From Candidatus Latescibacterota bacterium (lineage in GTDB: Bacteria > Latescibacterota > UBA2968 > GCA-2709665): 64,000 nt of DNA. Positions 54,251 through 63,622 of the stretch are shown in pieces (within the stretch, counting starts at the first letter, position 1; every line of letters starts with the position of its first letter). The stretch spans positions 288,001 through 352,000 of the forward strand of contig OZ244744.1 of the NCBI GenBank assembly GCA_965219455.1. The letters run 5' to 3'. Position numbers and translations under genes: made by a program. Below the pieces are notes generated by a model. The model made no database searches. It was given only the letters and a program-made list of their open reading frames with translations, and was not told the origin of the DNA.

Positions 54251-54279
54251 AATGTAACCAATTCTCCCTCCGCTGTCAA
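54251..54279 (-). promoter_or_regulatory. Sigma70 promoter for the SAM-II-metB transcript
   Basis: TTGACA-N17-TACATT; the -35 contains the thrC stop codon; predicted start about 10 nt before the aptamer. Confidence 0.75.
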
Positions 54280-55622
54280 CTACCGTGCGAATCGAGGGTC
54301 CGAAAGATCTGATCCCGAACCGGTCCGTAGTCGGCCGGCAATTCCACGGGCAGATTCGGATAGTTCGAGTCCACGTCGAATGCCCCCAGTTCCTCCTGGT
54401 GGTATCTGATCTTGAACTCCGCGAACTTCAATCCGTGAGCAGTGGATATGACCACAACGCGTTCGTCTTTCCGAATGACGCCGCGGTCCACCAGCTTGAA
54501 TAGCGCGGCAAAGGCCACACCCGTATGCGGGCATGAAAACAACCCCGTCCGATCGGCCCGCGCCGCCGCATCGGCCAGTTCCTGATCCGTGGCCTGCTCC
54601 ACCACGCCGCCGATGGCCTTCAGGGTCCGGATCGCCTTTTCCGTACTGACCGGATCTCCGATCTGGATGGCGCTGGCCAGGGTCGTCCGCGCCTTGAGCG
54701 GCTCAAAGGTGTCGAACCCATTGCAGTAGCTAAGGTAAAGCGGATTCGCCCTGGCGCTCTGTGCAACGGCAATTCGGGGCACCCGGTCGATCAGACCCAT
54801 CTCCATCAACTCCCTAAAGCCCTTGCCCAGTGCGCTGACGTTTCCGAGGTTGCCCCCGGGAACCACGATCCACTGCGGCAGATCCCAATCGAACTGCTGG
54901 AGCAACTCCACGCTTACGGTTTTCTGACCCTCCACGCGAAGCGAGTTCATCGAATTAGCCAGGTAGATATTTTCCCTGTGGCATATCTCCTGAACCAGCT
55001 TCATGCACCCGTCGAAATCCGTATCCAGGCTCAACACCAGCGCACCGTTGGCCATCGGTTGTACGAGTTGGGCCGTGGAGACCTTATCCCGGGGAAGGAA
55101 CACCACCGCCTGAATGCCCGCGTGTGCGCAATAGGCGGCCAAAGCCGCCGACGTATCTCCCGTGGAGGCGCACGCGGCTGCGGGGATCTGCTGACCCTCG
55201 GCAACCATTTGATTCACCATGGACACCAGTACCGTCATACCCAGATCCTTGAAAGAACCGGTGTGGCTGTTTCCACATTGCTTGACCCACAGGTCCTCCA
55301 ACCCTATTTCAAGCCCAAGACGCTCAGCCTTGAACAGATTGCTGCCCCCTTCATACATCGATACCACATTCTCGTTATCCACCACGGGGCAGACCATTTC
55401 CTTTTTTCCCCACACCGAACTGCCGTAGGGCCACTCCGTGCGCATATACCTTCGATCAAACAACTCACGCCAGTACTGCGGCGTCCTTGAACGCAACGCG
55501 TCGAGATCGTGCGTCACCTCCAACAGGCCCCCGCATTTCGGACACCCGTAGATGATCTGCGTCAGTGGATAACGGCCGTCGCATCCTCTAAAACACTGAA
55601 ACCAGGCTCTATACGACATCAT
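54276..55622 (-). CDS. thrC: Threonine synthase (plant-like type)
   Basis: [74 protein letters not shown]. Confidence 0.95.
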   Translation of the reverse strand: MMSYRAWFQCFRGCDGRYPLTQIIYGCPKCGGLLEVTHDLDALRSRTPQYWRELFDRRYMRTEWPYGSSVWGKKEMVCPVVDNENVVSMYEGGSNLFKAERLGLEIGLEDLWVKQCGNSHTGSFKDLGMTVLVSMVNQMVAEGQQIPAAACASTGDTSAALAAYCAHAGIQAVVFLPRDKVSTAQLVQPMANGALVLSLDTDFDGCMKLVQEICHRENIYLANSMNSLRVEGQKTVSVELLQQFDWDLPQWIVVPGGNLGNVSALGKGFRELMEMGLIDRVPRIAVAQSARANPLYLSYCNGFDTFEPLKARTTLASAIQIGDPVSTEKAIRTLKAIGGVVEQATDQELADAAARADRTGLFSCPHTGVAFAALFKLVDRGVIRKDERVVVISTAHGLKFAEFKIRYHQEELGAFDVDSNYPNLPVELPADYGPVRDQIFRTLDSHGS

Positions 55623-55735
55623 GCCGACCTTTGAATCAAAGACGAGTCCAACACGTTTGGGAGAATCGGTCGTTTCTGTTCGGGCAGCCCGTAAACGGGC
55701 GCACTGCTCCCGTCCAAAAGCCCGTATTGCACAAT

Positions 55736-56536
55736 TCAGATTTTCTCCACCGAGTTCCCCGGCACCCACCCGCCGATGCCGTTTGGCAATCGTACCAGGT
55801 ACCAGCGGTCTTCGACCCGTTCAATAGCCACCTTCGTACCTTCATGGATCGTAAATACCAGCAGATAATCGTCCCCCGGGCCGCTTCGTCCCTGCACCTC
55901 GTCCGCCAAAACGATCGCGTCCGAAACGGACGCCTCGCTATGAACCCTGTACGTCAGCAAAGCACCCGAACCGCACAACCCCAGGCCCATCAGCACCACC
56001 AGGCCCATCCACAACGAACGACGGGAGGACGAATAAAGCCGGAACACGGCGGCCGCTGACATCACAAGCAGACAGATGCTGCTGAGCGCGGCCAGCACAT
56101 CCGCGCTCAGCAGCCGGTAAACGGACAATAGAATGCGGGTTGGAATATTGACGTCTTCATCCGGGTTCCTATCCTCTTTGAGGGCGTTCACAAACCTCAG
56201 GTTCGCAAGGACATCCTCATCTCCCGGCATCAACTTGAGAGCCCGCTCATAGGCCAGAATGGCTCGTCCGATTTCTCCGGCCTTGAAATAAGCATTGCCC
56301 AGATTGAAAAAAACGTAGCCGTTCCGCACACCCTGAGACACCACTTCCTCGTATCGGCCCGCCGCCGTCTTGAATTCACCCTGCCGATAAAGGGCGTTCG
56401 CCTCATTATACATCCGCTCGCCGGTCCGGGCGCCCCGGGCGTTTCCGGCAACCAGCAGAAATATCAGCACCGTCCGCAAGACCACGCCCGCCGGCGGGAG
56501 GCCGGAATCCAAGGCCCGGCCGGGTTCGCCCGTCAT
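55736..56536 (-). CDS. batE: BatE-like TPR + TM + SH3 protein
   Basis: [48 protein letters not shown]. Confidence 0.85.
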   Translation of the reverse strand: MTGEPGRALDSGLPPAGVVLRTVLIFLLVAGNARGARTGERMYNEANALYRQGEFKTAAGRYEEVVSQGVRNGYVFFNLGNAYFKAGEIGRAILAYERALKLMPGDEDVLANLRFVNALKEDRNPDEDVNIPTRILLSVYRLLSADVLAALSSICLLVMSAAAVFRLYSSSRRSLWMGLVVLMGLGLCGSGALLTYRVHSEASVSDAIVLADEVQGRSGPGDDYLLVFTIHEGTKVAIERVEDRWYLVRLPNGIGGWVPGNSVEKI

Positions 56537-58356
56537 ATCCTGGCTCCCAGGGCATCGATCAACGTTGCCGCAGCGCTATAGAGTTCCTCCCGCTCTTTCT
56601 CCGGCATCCGGACCGAGGCAAATCGTGCATAGTCGCAACGCAGGAAGACATCCTTCACTTCAGCTACGATTGAATCCGATACATCCTTCTCGCAAAGCGC
56701 CTGCGCGGCAGACTCGCGGGTCATGCCCGCGACCGGCAGATTCAGCCGATCTGCGAGGAATTGGGCCAACGCCCTGTCGATTTCGACGTAAAACGTCCGC
56801 CCGTCTTTATCTTCGAGCCGCTCTTGAGCCCGTATCAGACGCCTCCTGGCCTCCGAGCCCGAACGCCGGCGGCGGGCATAGGCCACATCGCCCATGAGCC
56901 GGTCCCGATGGCGTTTATATGCAACGGTCCCGAGAAAACCCAGAACGGGCGCAAATTGAATCGCCCAAAACCATGTGTTCCTGTAAAACCGCCTGCCGTG
57001 ATCGTCCAGATATTCGAGATCCGGCTTCAGATGACGAATATCCTGCCCGAGCATCTCAATCTCTTTCCGGCTCAATACGGCTCCGGAACCTGCGGGCTGC
57101 CTGCCCGGTGTCACACTCACCGAAACCACCTGTGAACGCACTGTTTGATACCGCTTCTCCTCAGGGTCGAAATAGGCCAGCAAAAACGGACCGATCCGTC
57201 CGTTGCCGGGCCGGTTGGGAATCGCGACGTATTCAAACGTCTTTTCGCCGCCGATGCGACCATTCGTGTCTCCTGCGTTTACAGTTGATTTCGGGTCGTA
57301 GAACTTGAACACGTTCCCTTTCGGACGAACGGGCTCGCCCACGGCATTCAGATTACCCGTTCCACGCACCCTCACCTTTACGGCGATTGGATCTCCTTCC
57401 GCGACCGATACGGGCGACGCCTCAACCGATATGTCGAACCTGCCCACCGCGCCGCGGAACTCGGCAGGAGCGCCCTCGGGCAGAGGCAAAACTTCAATCT
57501 CCACGTCTTCAGATCGCGCGCGCACTTCCCGGCTGTTACCGAAACCGAAAAAATCGTCCATGTCTAAAAGGTTTCTGCGCCTCGCGCGTTTCTGAACCTG
57601 GCAAACGACTTCAAGTTCGTCCAGCGCCTGTCTTCCGGACGCGGTGGGAAACAATGCCATCGTCTTCAACCGCATTGCGTCGAACTCGCGGCCCCCGTAA
57701 ACCTCGCGGACAAAACTGGCGCGCTGCGCATCGAACAGGGCCTCCGACCAGAAACCCGTGTAGGCAGGCAGGCGGCCATAGCTGATATTGCGCAACGCAC
57801 GGCGTGTGTAGAGCTTGTAGGAAACGGTTACCTGCTCTCCCACATACACCCTGTTCTTATCCACCACGGTGGCAACGAACAGGTCCTCCTTCAATTCCTC
57901 CGCGTCCGGATCGCCATGGGACTGTTCTGTCGCCGGCGCGGGGCGTGTGCGCGGCCGCCCGATGCTTTTCACGACATTCACCCGAACCGTCGAGGACTCG
58001 TGCCGCCTGCCCCCATAGACCACGTGCGCCGGCCCAACCACGAAGCTGCCCTCGCGCCTTCCCCGCAGCGTATAAACGTACGAATTGTTACGTGTTGTCA
58101 CCACCCGGCCGTTCGTGATATTTACGTCCTGGGTCGTGTAGGTCGAACGTCCAATGACGTCGAATCCGTCTGGAATCGGCAGTTGGGGCGCAGGTACGTC
58201 GCTGCCGGCCGTCAACGTTACCGTAAGCGTGACCTCCTGGCCCACCTCAACGCGCGCCCGGTCGACCGCCACATGAAGGCGCGGTGTATCGGCAAGCGCC
58301 GCGCCAACCGAAACCAGAAGGGCCAATACCAGAACACAGAAGGGCTTGCGTGTCAT
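56533..58356 (-). CDS. batD: BatD family protein
   Basis: Signal peptide, VDR..V.VG, VYVGEQV, LPLP...F.GAVGRF, G.GNL, YFDP, C-terminal TM and ARFA. Confidence 0.88.
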   Translation of the reverse strand: MTRKPFCVLVLALLVSVGAALADTPRLHVAVDRARVEVGQEVTLTVTLTAGSDVPAPQLPIPDGFDVIGRSTYTTQDVNITNGRVVTTRNNSYVYTLRGRREGSFVVGPAHVVYGGRRHESSTVRVNVVKSIGRPRTRPAPATEQSHGDPDAEELKEDLFVATVVDKNRVYVGEQVTVSYKLYTRRALRNISYGRLPAYTGFWSEALFDAQRASFVREVYGGREFDAMRLKTMALFPTASGRQALDELEVVCQVQKRARRRNLLDMDDFFGFGNSREVRARSEDVEIEVLPLPEGAPAEFRGAVGRFDISVEASPVSVAEGDPIAVKVRVRGTGNLNAVGEPVRPKGNVFKFYDPKSTVNAGDTNGRIGGEKTFEYVAIPNRPGNGRIGPFLLAYFDPEEKRYQTVRSQVVSVSVTPGRQPAGSGAVLSRKEIEMLGQDIRHLKPDLEYLDDHGRRFYRNTWFWAIQFAPVLGFLGTVAYKRHRDRLMGDVAYARRRRSGSEARRRLIRAQERLEDKDGRTFYVEIDRALAQFLADRLNLPVAGMTRESAAQALCEKDVSDSIVAEVKDVFLRCDYARFASVRMPEKEREELYSAAATLIDALGARI

Positions 58357-58358
58357 TC

Positions 58359-59171
58359 CTACCACTCGTTTCCCTTGTATCGTTTGCCGTAAACGCGCAA
58401 CCGGCGGTATTTCTGGGACTTCATCTCCCTGTCTTTCATCGCATCCAGCAGGCGTTCAGCCTCTTCCCGACTCAGCGCATCTGACCGTGACTCCGATTCC
58501 GTCGCCTGCTGATTCTGATGCCGCCCTCCGGATTCCTCCTGCTTCCGACCCTGCTTCTGCTCCCGGTTTTCCTCTCTTTCCCGATTCTGATCGCGATTCA
58601 CGTCCGGATCCTGATTCGGCCGCTGCTCTGGTTGATCCCGGTTCCGTTCGTCATTCTGTTCCTCCTTCTTCTGCTCGTTTCTGTTTTCCTCCTGCTCCTG
58701 ATCGTTTTCCCTATTCCCGTTCTGCTCCTGTTGCTGATCCTTCTCCTGCTCCTGCATTTTCTCCAGAACCCATTCCAGATTCACCTTTGCATCCAGATCG
58801 TCCGTCCGCAACGCCAGCGACCGCTTGTAGGCCTCGGCGGCCTGCTGCAATTTTTTCTGGCGGACGTGGACATTGCCCAGATTGTAATACGCCCGCGCGA
58901 GAAGCGAGGGGTCCTGGCTTTTCAACGCGTGTCCGAACTCCCGCAGTGCATCCTGAAAGGCGTTCTTTTTGAAATAGGCGTCACCCGCATTGAATCTGAG
59001 TTCGAGTGCGCCAGGTTTTTCTACCTGAGCCTCACGGTAGTACTCAAGCGCTTCCTCGAACTTGCCTTCGTGAAACATACGGTTGCCCTGCCGGTTCTTG
59101 TCCGCCGCCGGATCCAGAAATGTGAAACCCAGCAGCGGAACAACGACGATGCCAACCAGATATCGGTACAT
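58359..59171 (-). CDS. batC: BatC-like TPR protein with Q/E/N/R-rich linker
   Basis: TPRs (AYYNLGN), low-complexity linker, LSREEAERLLDAM, C-terminal W. Confidence 0.82.
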   Translation of the reverse strand: MYRYLVGIVVVPLLGFTFLDPAADKNRQGNRMFHEGKFEEALEYYREAQVEKPGALELRFNAGDAYFKKNAFQDALREFGHALKSQDPSLLARAYYNLGNVHVRQKKLQQAAEAYKRSLALRTDDLDAKVNLEWVLEKMQEQEKDQQQEQNGNRENDQEQEENRNEQKKEEQNDERNRDQPEQRPNQDPDVNRDQNREREENREQKQGRKQEESGGRHQNQQATESESRSDALSREEAERLLDAMKDREMKSQKYRRLRVYGKRYKGNEW

Positions 59172-59192
59172 GGAGCTGACTCCGAATTCAAG

Positions 59193-60215
59193 TTACTGAA
59201 ACCGCCCTCGCCACTGTGTTCGCACCCTTCTTCGATCCGACAACATCGCCTCGCATACAAAACAGGCCACCGCGACGGCCAGCGGCCACTGGAACCGGTG
59301 TTTGTACTGTGTGTATTTCCGCGATCCCAGTTCCTTCTTTTCCATCTGCGAGACCTCGTCGTATACCCTGTCCATACCCACACCGCCCGCCTGCGCCCGA
59401 ATATAGACCCCGTCCGTCACACCGGCAACCTGTTGCAGGCTTGCCTCGTCCAGGCGCGATTTCACGTAATTGCCCCGACCGTCTTTCAGAAAATCGGTCC
59501 GGCCGTTCTGCTTTACCGGGATCAACTCTCCTCCAGGCGTCCCAACCCCCACCGCGAATATCCGCACTCCGGCATCCGCCGCCTCTTTTGCGGCGCTGAC
59601 CGGATCGTCGGCGTGGTCCTCTCCATCCGTAATCAGCACCATTACCTTGTACTTTCGTTCCTCGCTACCGAAAGCCCGGGTTGCCGCGCGAATGGCTTCG
59701 GCAATGGCCGTGCCCTTCACCGGAATGATATCCGTGTCGATCGAGTCCAGAAACAGCTTCGCGGCCCCATAGTCCAGGGTGAGCGGGCAGAGTGTAAAGC
59801 TGCGCCCCGCGAACGCCACCAGGCCGATCCTGTCGCCTTTGAGGCGGTCAATAAAGGATTCAATCTCAAAAAGCGCGCGCGTCAGTCGATTGGGCCGGAT
59901 ATCTTCCGCGAGCATGCTCAGCGACGTATCCAGTGCGACAATCACGTCGACGCCCTTGCGGTGCAGCAGTTCAAGCCGCATCCCGTACCGTGGTTGCGCC
60001 AGCGCCATCACCAGAAAGAAGAATCCGCCAACCGTCATCGCAGCCTTCGCCCACTGTCTCTTCCAACTTGTGGCCGCCGTCAGCTTCCGCATCAGTTCCG
60101 GACTCCCGAAACGCGCGAGGGCCCGCCTTTTCTTTCGAAAAGCAATCACGAAAAACAAAACGGCCGCCGGCACGCTCAACAGGAACCAGAATGCCTGAAC
60201 GTTTCCGAAACGCAT
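59193..60215 (-). CDS. batB: BatB-like VWA domain protein
   Basis: ALDTSLSMLAED..PNRL, GDRIGLVAFAG, PLTLDY, LITDGEDH, SRLDE. Confidence 0.88.
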   Translation of the reverse strand: MRFGNVQAFWFLLSVPAAVLFFVIAFRKKRRALARFGSPELMRKLTAATSWKRQWAKAAMTVGGFFFLVMALAQPRYGMRLELLHRKGVDVIVALDTSLSMLAEDIRPNRLTRALFEIESFIDRLKGDRIGLVAFAGRSFTLCPLTLDYGAAKLFLDSIDTDIIPVKGTAIAEAIRAATRAFGSEERKYKVMVLITDGEDHADDPVSAAKEAADAGVRIFAVGVGTPGGELIPVKQNGRTDFLKDGRGNYVKSRLDEASLQQVAGVTDGVYIRAQAGGVGMDRVYDEVSQMEKKELGSRKYTQYKHRFQWPLAVAVACFVCEAMLSDRRRVRTQWRGRFQ

Positions 60216-60216
60216 C

Positions 60217-61203
60217 CTATGGAATCCTTCGAAACCGCGTGTTCGCCAGCATCAGTTCGACACCGAGCAAAACTAGACCCGGCCAGAGAAAAAAAGTGAA
60301 CAATTCGGAATAATCCACATAGTCGCGTGTCTTGATTTCCGTTTTCTCCATCTCGCCGATGGCGCGATAGATCTCCTCGAGTTTTTTCTCGCTGGTCGCC
60401 CGAAAGTAGCGGCCGCCCGTGATGTCGGCTACTTCCTTCAGCGTCTCTTCGTCGATTTCGACCCGTACCCGCTGCTGGAGCAAGCCCTGGCCCATCACGA
60501 TCACCCCGTCGCTTCCCGCCCCGATGGTGTAGATTCGTATGCCCACCGCTTCCGCTGCCCGCGCGGCCGTGACGGGATCCACCTCCCCCCTGTTATTCAC
60601 GCCGTCCGTCAACAGTATAATCACACGGCTCCTGGCCTCCGACCTGCGCAACCGGTTTACCGCGGTGACAATGCCGGTTCCGATGGCTGTGCCGTCCCAG
60701 GAATCTTCCGCTAGCCGGACCTCATTCAAAAAGCTCAGAAATATCCCGTAATCGAGGGTGAGCGGACACTGTGTGTAGCTCTCACCTGCAAAGACGACGA
60801 GTCCCAGCCGGTCGTTTTCCCGCCCACGCACGAACTGACTCACGACCTCCTTGCTGACCTGCAACCGGGACTTTCGCTGCTGATCCAGATCCTTGTGCGC
60901 CATGCTGCCCGACACGTCCAGGGCGAGTACGATGTCGATTCCCCGGGTAAGGATTTCCCTCCCTTCACGCCCCGATCGCGGACGAGCCAGCGCGAGAATC
61001 AGCAGTATCAACGCCAGACAGCGAAGTCCGATCAAAACGTGGCGCAACTTTAGCACCACCGAAGGCGGAATCTGGCCGATCACACCCAGATCCGGAAAAC
61101 GAATACTGCCCCGCGTCTGCCGCTGTCGGCGCACATATCGATAGATCAGAAACGGCACAAAAACCAGGGCAAGCAGCCATTCCGGATTCTTGAATTCAAT
61201 CAT
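60217..61203 (-). CDS. batA: BatA-like VWA domain protein
   Basis: ALARP, GIDIVLALDVSGSM, DGTAIG, LLTDGVNNRG, TGGRYFRAT. Confidence 0.9.
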   Translation of the reverse strand: MIEFKNPEWLLALVFVPFLIYRYVRRQRQTRGSIRFPDLGVIGQIPPSVVLKLRHVLIGLRCLALILLILALARPRSGREGREILTRGIDIVLALDVSGSMAHKDLDQQRKSRLQVSKEVVSQFVRGRENDRLGLVVFAGESYTQCPLTLDYGIFLSFLNEVRLAEDSWDGTAIGTGIVTAVNRLRRSEARSRVIILLTDGVNNRGEVDPVTAARAAEAVGIRIYTIGAGSDGVIVMGQGLLQQRVRVEIDEETLKEVADITGGRYFRATSEKKLEEIYRAIGEMEKTEIKTRDYVDYSELFTFFLWPGLVLLGVELMLANTRFRRIP

Positions 61204-62156
61204 GCCGTCGCTTCCGCCGGCGCCGAGTTCACATTTTCGTCGTCACTCTCGCGACGCTGTGCGTCCAGGCGTCGCATCAGGTCCAGAACCGTTTCCGCGG
61301 CCTTCGTTGCGACCTCATCGCGGGGCCTGAGCTTCGCGAACTTCACCAGGTCCGCCTCCGACAACAGCACCTCCAGCGCCAGGACTTCCGCTTCCCCGAT
61401 CGAGACACGTCTGAGGTCCTGAACCAGTTCGGACGTGGTACACTCCATTGCATCGACCTGGACCCGAACCTCCAGGTACCGGCGCATCACCTCGGATAGC
61501 AGGCTGTAATACCGCTTGAATGCACCTTTTTCCACCAGTTGCATCCGCAAAATCTTCGCAACTTCGTCCGGCCAGACGATCGGCGGTGGCGGCGGTTCAA
61601 CCTTCGGTTTCCTGATGCGCCGCTTCCAATACCACAGTGTTCCCGCCGCGACGCCAACCAGAACGGCCACGGCGAACCAGAACCAGCCCGGTATTCCGGC
61701 CTCGATGTCGACCGGCGGTTTCACATCCCGGATATCCATCATTTCCGCCGGTTTAACGCTGCGTACTATAACAGGTATCGGATCGGAGGTGATCAATCCG
61801 GAATCGCCCTGGGTCGTACGTACATGCAGCACCAGAGAGGGCACTTCGATCACACCCACCTGGTACACGGCAAGCTCGAAGGCGAGGTTCTCCTCCAACC
61901 GTCCGTCGGACATCTCCCGAACCGCCGGCGGCACCTGGCGACGCACCTCGAATGGCGCGAGAAAACCCTCGTTTTGCAGGAGTACGGCGGCATCCCCCGG
62001 TTCACGACTGATCCGCAAGCTGAGAAGAACAGGATCGCCAACCGTGAGGGTGTCCCGATTTACCGTCGCGTCGAAGACAACTTCGGCGCTGGCGTCGGGG
62101 GCTGACATCGCCAGGCTGCAGGCACCGATCCACACCGATATCAGGACGCGAACCAT
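61200..62156 (-). CDS. Bat-operon associated membrane-anchored protein (DUF4381/BatD-like)
   Basis: Signal peptide, TVGDPV, DIRDVKPP + TM, RRYLE, E.TT.EL, DLVKFAK; directly upstream of batA. Confidence 0.8.
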   Translation of the reverse strand: MVRVLISVWIGACSLAMSAPDASAEVVFDATVNRDTLTVGDPVLLSLRISREPGDAAVLLQNEGFLAPFEVRRQVPPAVREMSDGRLEENLAFELAVYQVGVIEVPSLVLHVRTTQGDSGLITSDPIPVIVRSVKPAEMMDIRDVKPPVDIEAGIPGWFWFAVAVLVGVAAGTLWYWKRRIRKPKVEPPPPPIVWPDEVAKILRMQLVEKGAFKRYYSLLSEVMRRYLEVRVQVDAMECTTSELVQDLRRVSIGEAEVLALEVLLSEADLVKFAKLRPRDEVATKAAETVLDLMRRLDAQRRESDDENVNSAPAEATA

Positions 62157-62159
62157 ATT

Positions 62160-63572
62160 CTAATTGGTCACCTCCTGTGCGCCCCACCGTACGGTATCGG
62201 GTTGGACCACGTCCGGTTTCACGGGCACGAGTTCGAGCTTCAGGTTCGTCAGATGTTTGGGATCGATCCGGACGACCTGGGGACGGAGATGTCCCCAGGC
62301 GTAGACTTTGCCGTCCCTTTCCCCGACAATCAGCTTCTGCGCAATTGCGCCGCCGCGCCAGACGGTGACCTCCAATGCCGGACGATTAAAACCGTATGCC
62401 TCGGGCACCTTCGCCGCTTCCGCGACAAACTGTTCGGCTTCGAGAAGCTCAATGGTGCGAAAGAAACGTCGGACACGGTGTTCCAGGACAATATGCAGCT
62501 TTGGCTGCAGCACCTGCCAGGCGTCGCCGGAGTAATTCCTGACGCATTCCACGACGCGGTTCCGATATACCAGCTTCAACCTGTCGACGCCAGCGGCGTC
62601 GAATGCAAAGATACGCTTGAACCTTAGATCCGAAGCCGTTTTCCTCATATCCGCGACAAAGGTCGAATCGACCAGAAAAACCATGGGACTGGCCGAGAAT
62701 GCCGCGAAAAACGGCGGAAACCGGCCCCCATCTCTCCTGCGCCCGATAGTGACCGTCTCTTTCTTCGCCTGGTCACCATCGAAAATCGATACCGTCAGCG
62801 TTGGATTCTCCAGGCCGTAATACCGCCGTTCCCGGGACGCTTCAGCAACCACATGTGTGAATTCGGCGGTATGCAGCCTTTTGACAAGCTTCTGAACCGC
62901 GGCATTGTCGGCGCGGTCGTCTACCGGATACGTGAGGCGCCAGTCATCGGGGAACTTTTCCGTTACGACGCGGGCATCCCCTCTGGTGATTTCGATTTTA
63001 CGTACGGTATCCAGATCGAAATCCGCAACTCGCTTGTCGCGCAGTTGAAACAGCCCTTTCTCCACTCTCATCCTGAATGGGGCGCCAACGGCGAGAATTC
63101 CCGGATGCCCGGACCACCTGATATAGCCGTAACGGCCTGTCGGACTTCGATCGCCCCAGAAGAGAGAATCCACGCGGTCCACCTGTTTGATCGCCAGTGT
63201 CAGATTCGGTCTGTCGAGGCCGAAATCCACAAGATGGGCCTGTCCTCGCGCGATACGGGCGCTGTCTGCCACCACACGTTCCAGGTCCATATTCTGTAAC
63301 GTCCGGATCAACCCCGTGATCTCGCCGCCGTCGCCGCCGGTGGCCACCGGTTGCAGGATCCGCCACCGACCCTCAGATTTTGCGATTACGATGGTGGTAT
63401 CACCTCGGTGAACCGATAGTCCAACGACCGAGTGTGCCTCCAGACGCAGCAGGCGCCCGGCCTCCCTGCGTATCTTATCTCGCTCGTCGGCGCCGCGAAT
63501 TTCATAAAAGTAGGCAAACCCGACCAGCCCGGCCAGAAGCAGCACCAGACCACCCGTCGTCCTTAAATTCAT
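62160..63572 (-). CDS. DUF4340 domain protein
   Basis: N-terminal anchor; three repeats of W.I..P..AD / YGL..P.L.V / LR.K. Confidence 0.8.
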   Translation of the reverse strand: MNLRTTGGLVLLLAGLVGFAYFYEIRGADERDKIRREAGRLLRLEAHSVVGLSVHRGDTTIVIAKSEGRWRILQPVATGGDGGEITGLIRTLQNMDLERVVADSARIARGQAHLVDFGLDRPNLTLAIKQVDRVDSLFWGDRSPTGRYGYIRWSGHPGILAVGAPFRMRVEKGLFQLRDKRVADFDLDTVRKIEITRGDARVVTEKFPDDWRLTYPVDDRADNAAVQKLVKRLHTAEFTHVVAEASRERRYYGLENPTLTVSIFDGDQAKKETVTIGRRRDGGRFPPFFAAFSASPMVFLVDSTFVADMRKTASDLRFKRIFAFDAAGVDRLKLVYRNRVVECVRNYSGDAWQVLQPKLHIVLEHRVRRFFRTIELLEAEQFVAEAAKVPEAYGFNRPALEVTVWRGGAIAQKLIVGERDGKVYAWGHLRPQVVRIDPKHLTNLKLELVPVKPDVVQPDTVRWGAQEVTN

Positions 63573-63622
63573 AAGCCATGCCTGCGGGTGTTACGCGTTC
63601 AGAACGGTTTCCCGGCGATACA

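Noticed and set aside
58500-58760. Low-complexity repeats in batC as a tandem repeat or CRISPR-like array
   Set aside because: Coding Q/E/N/R linker typical of BatC; no fixed repeat-spacer period. No CRISPR array was seen in the window.
58518-60299. 593-aa plus-strand ORF with poly-Leu start
   Set aside because: Antisense reading of the Q/E-rich batC linker and batB.
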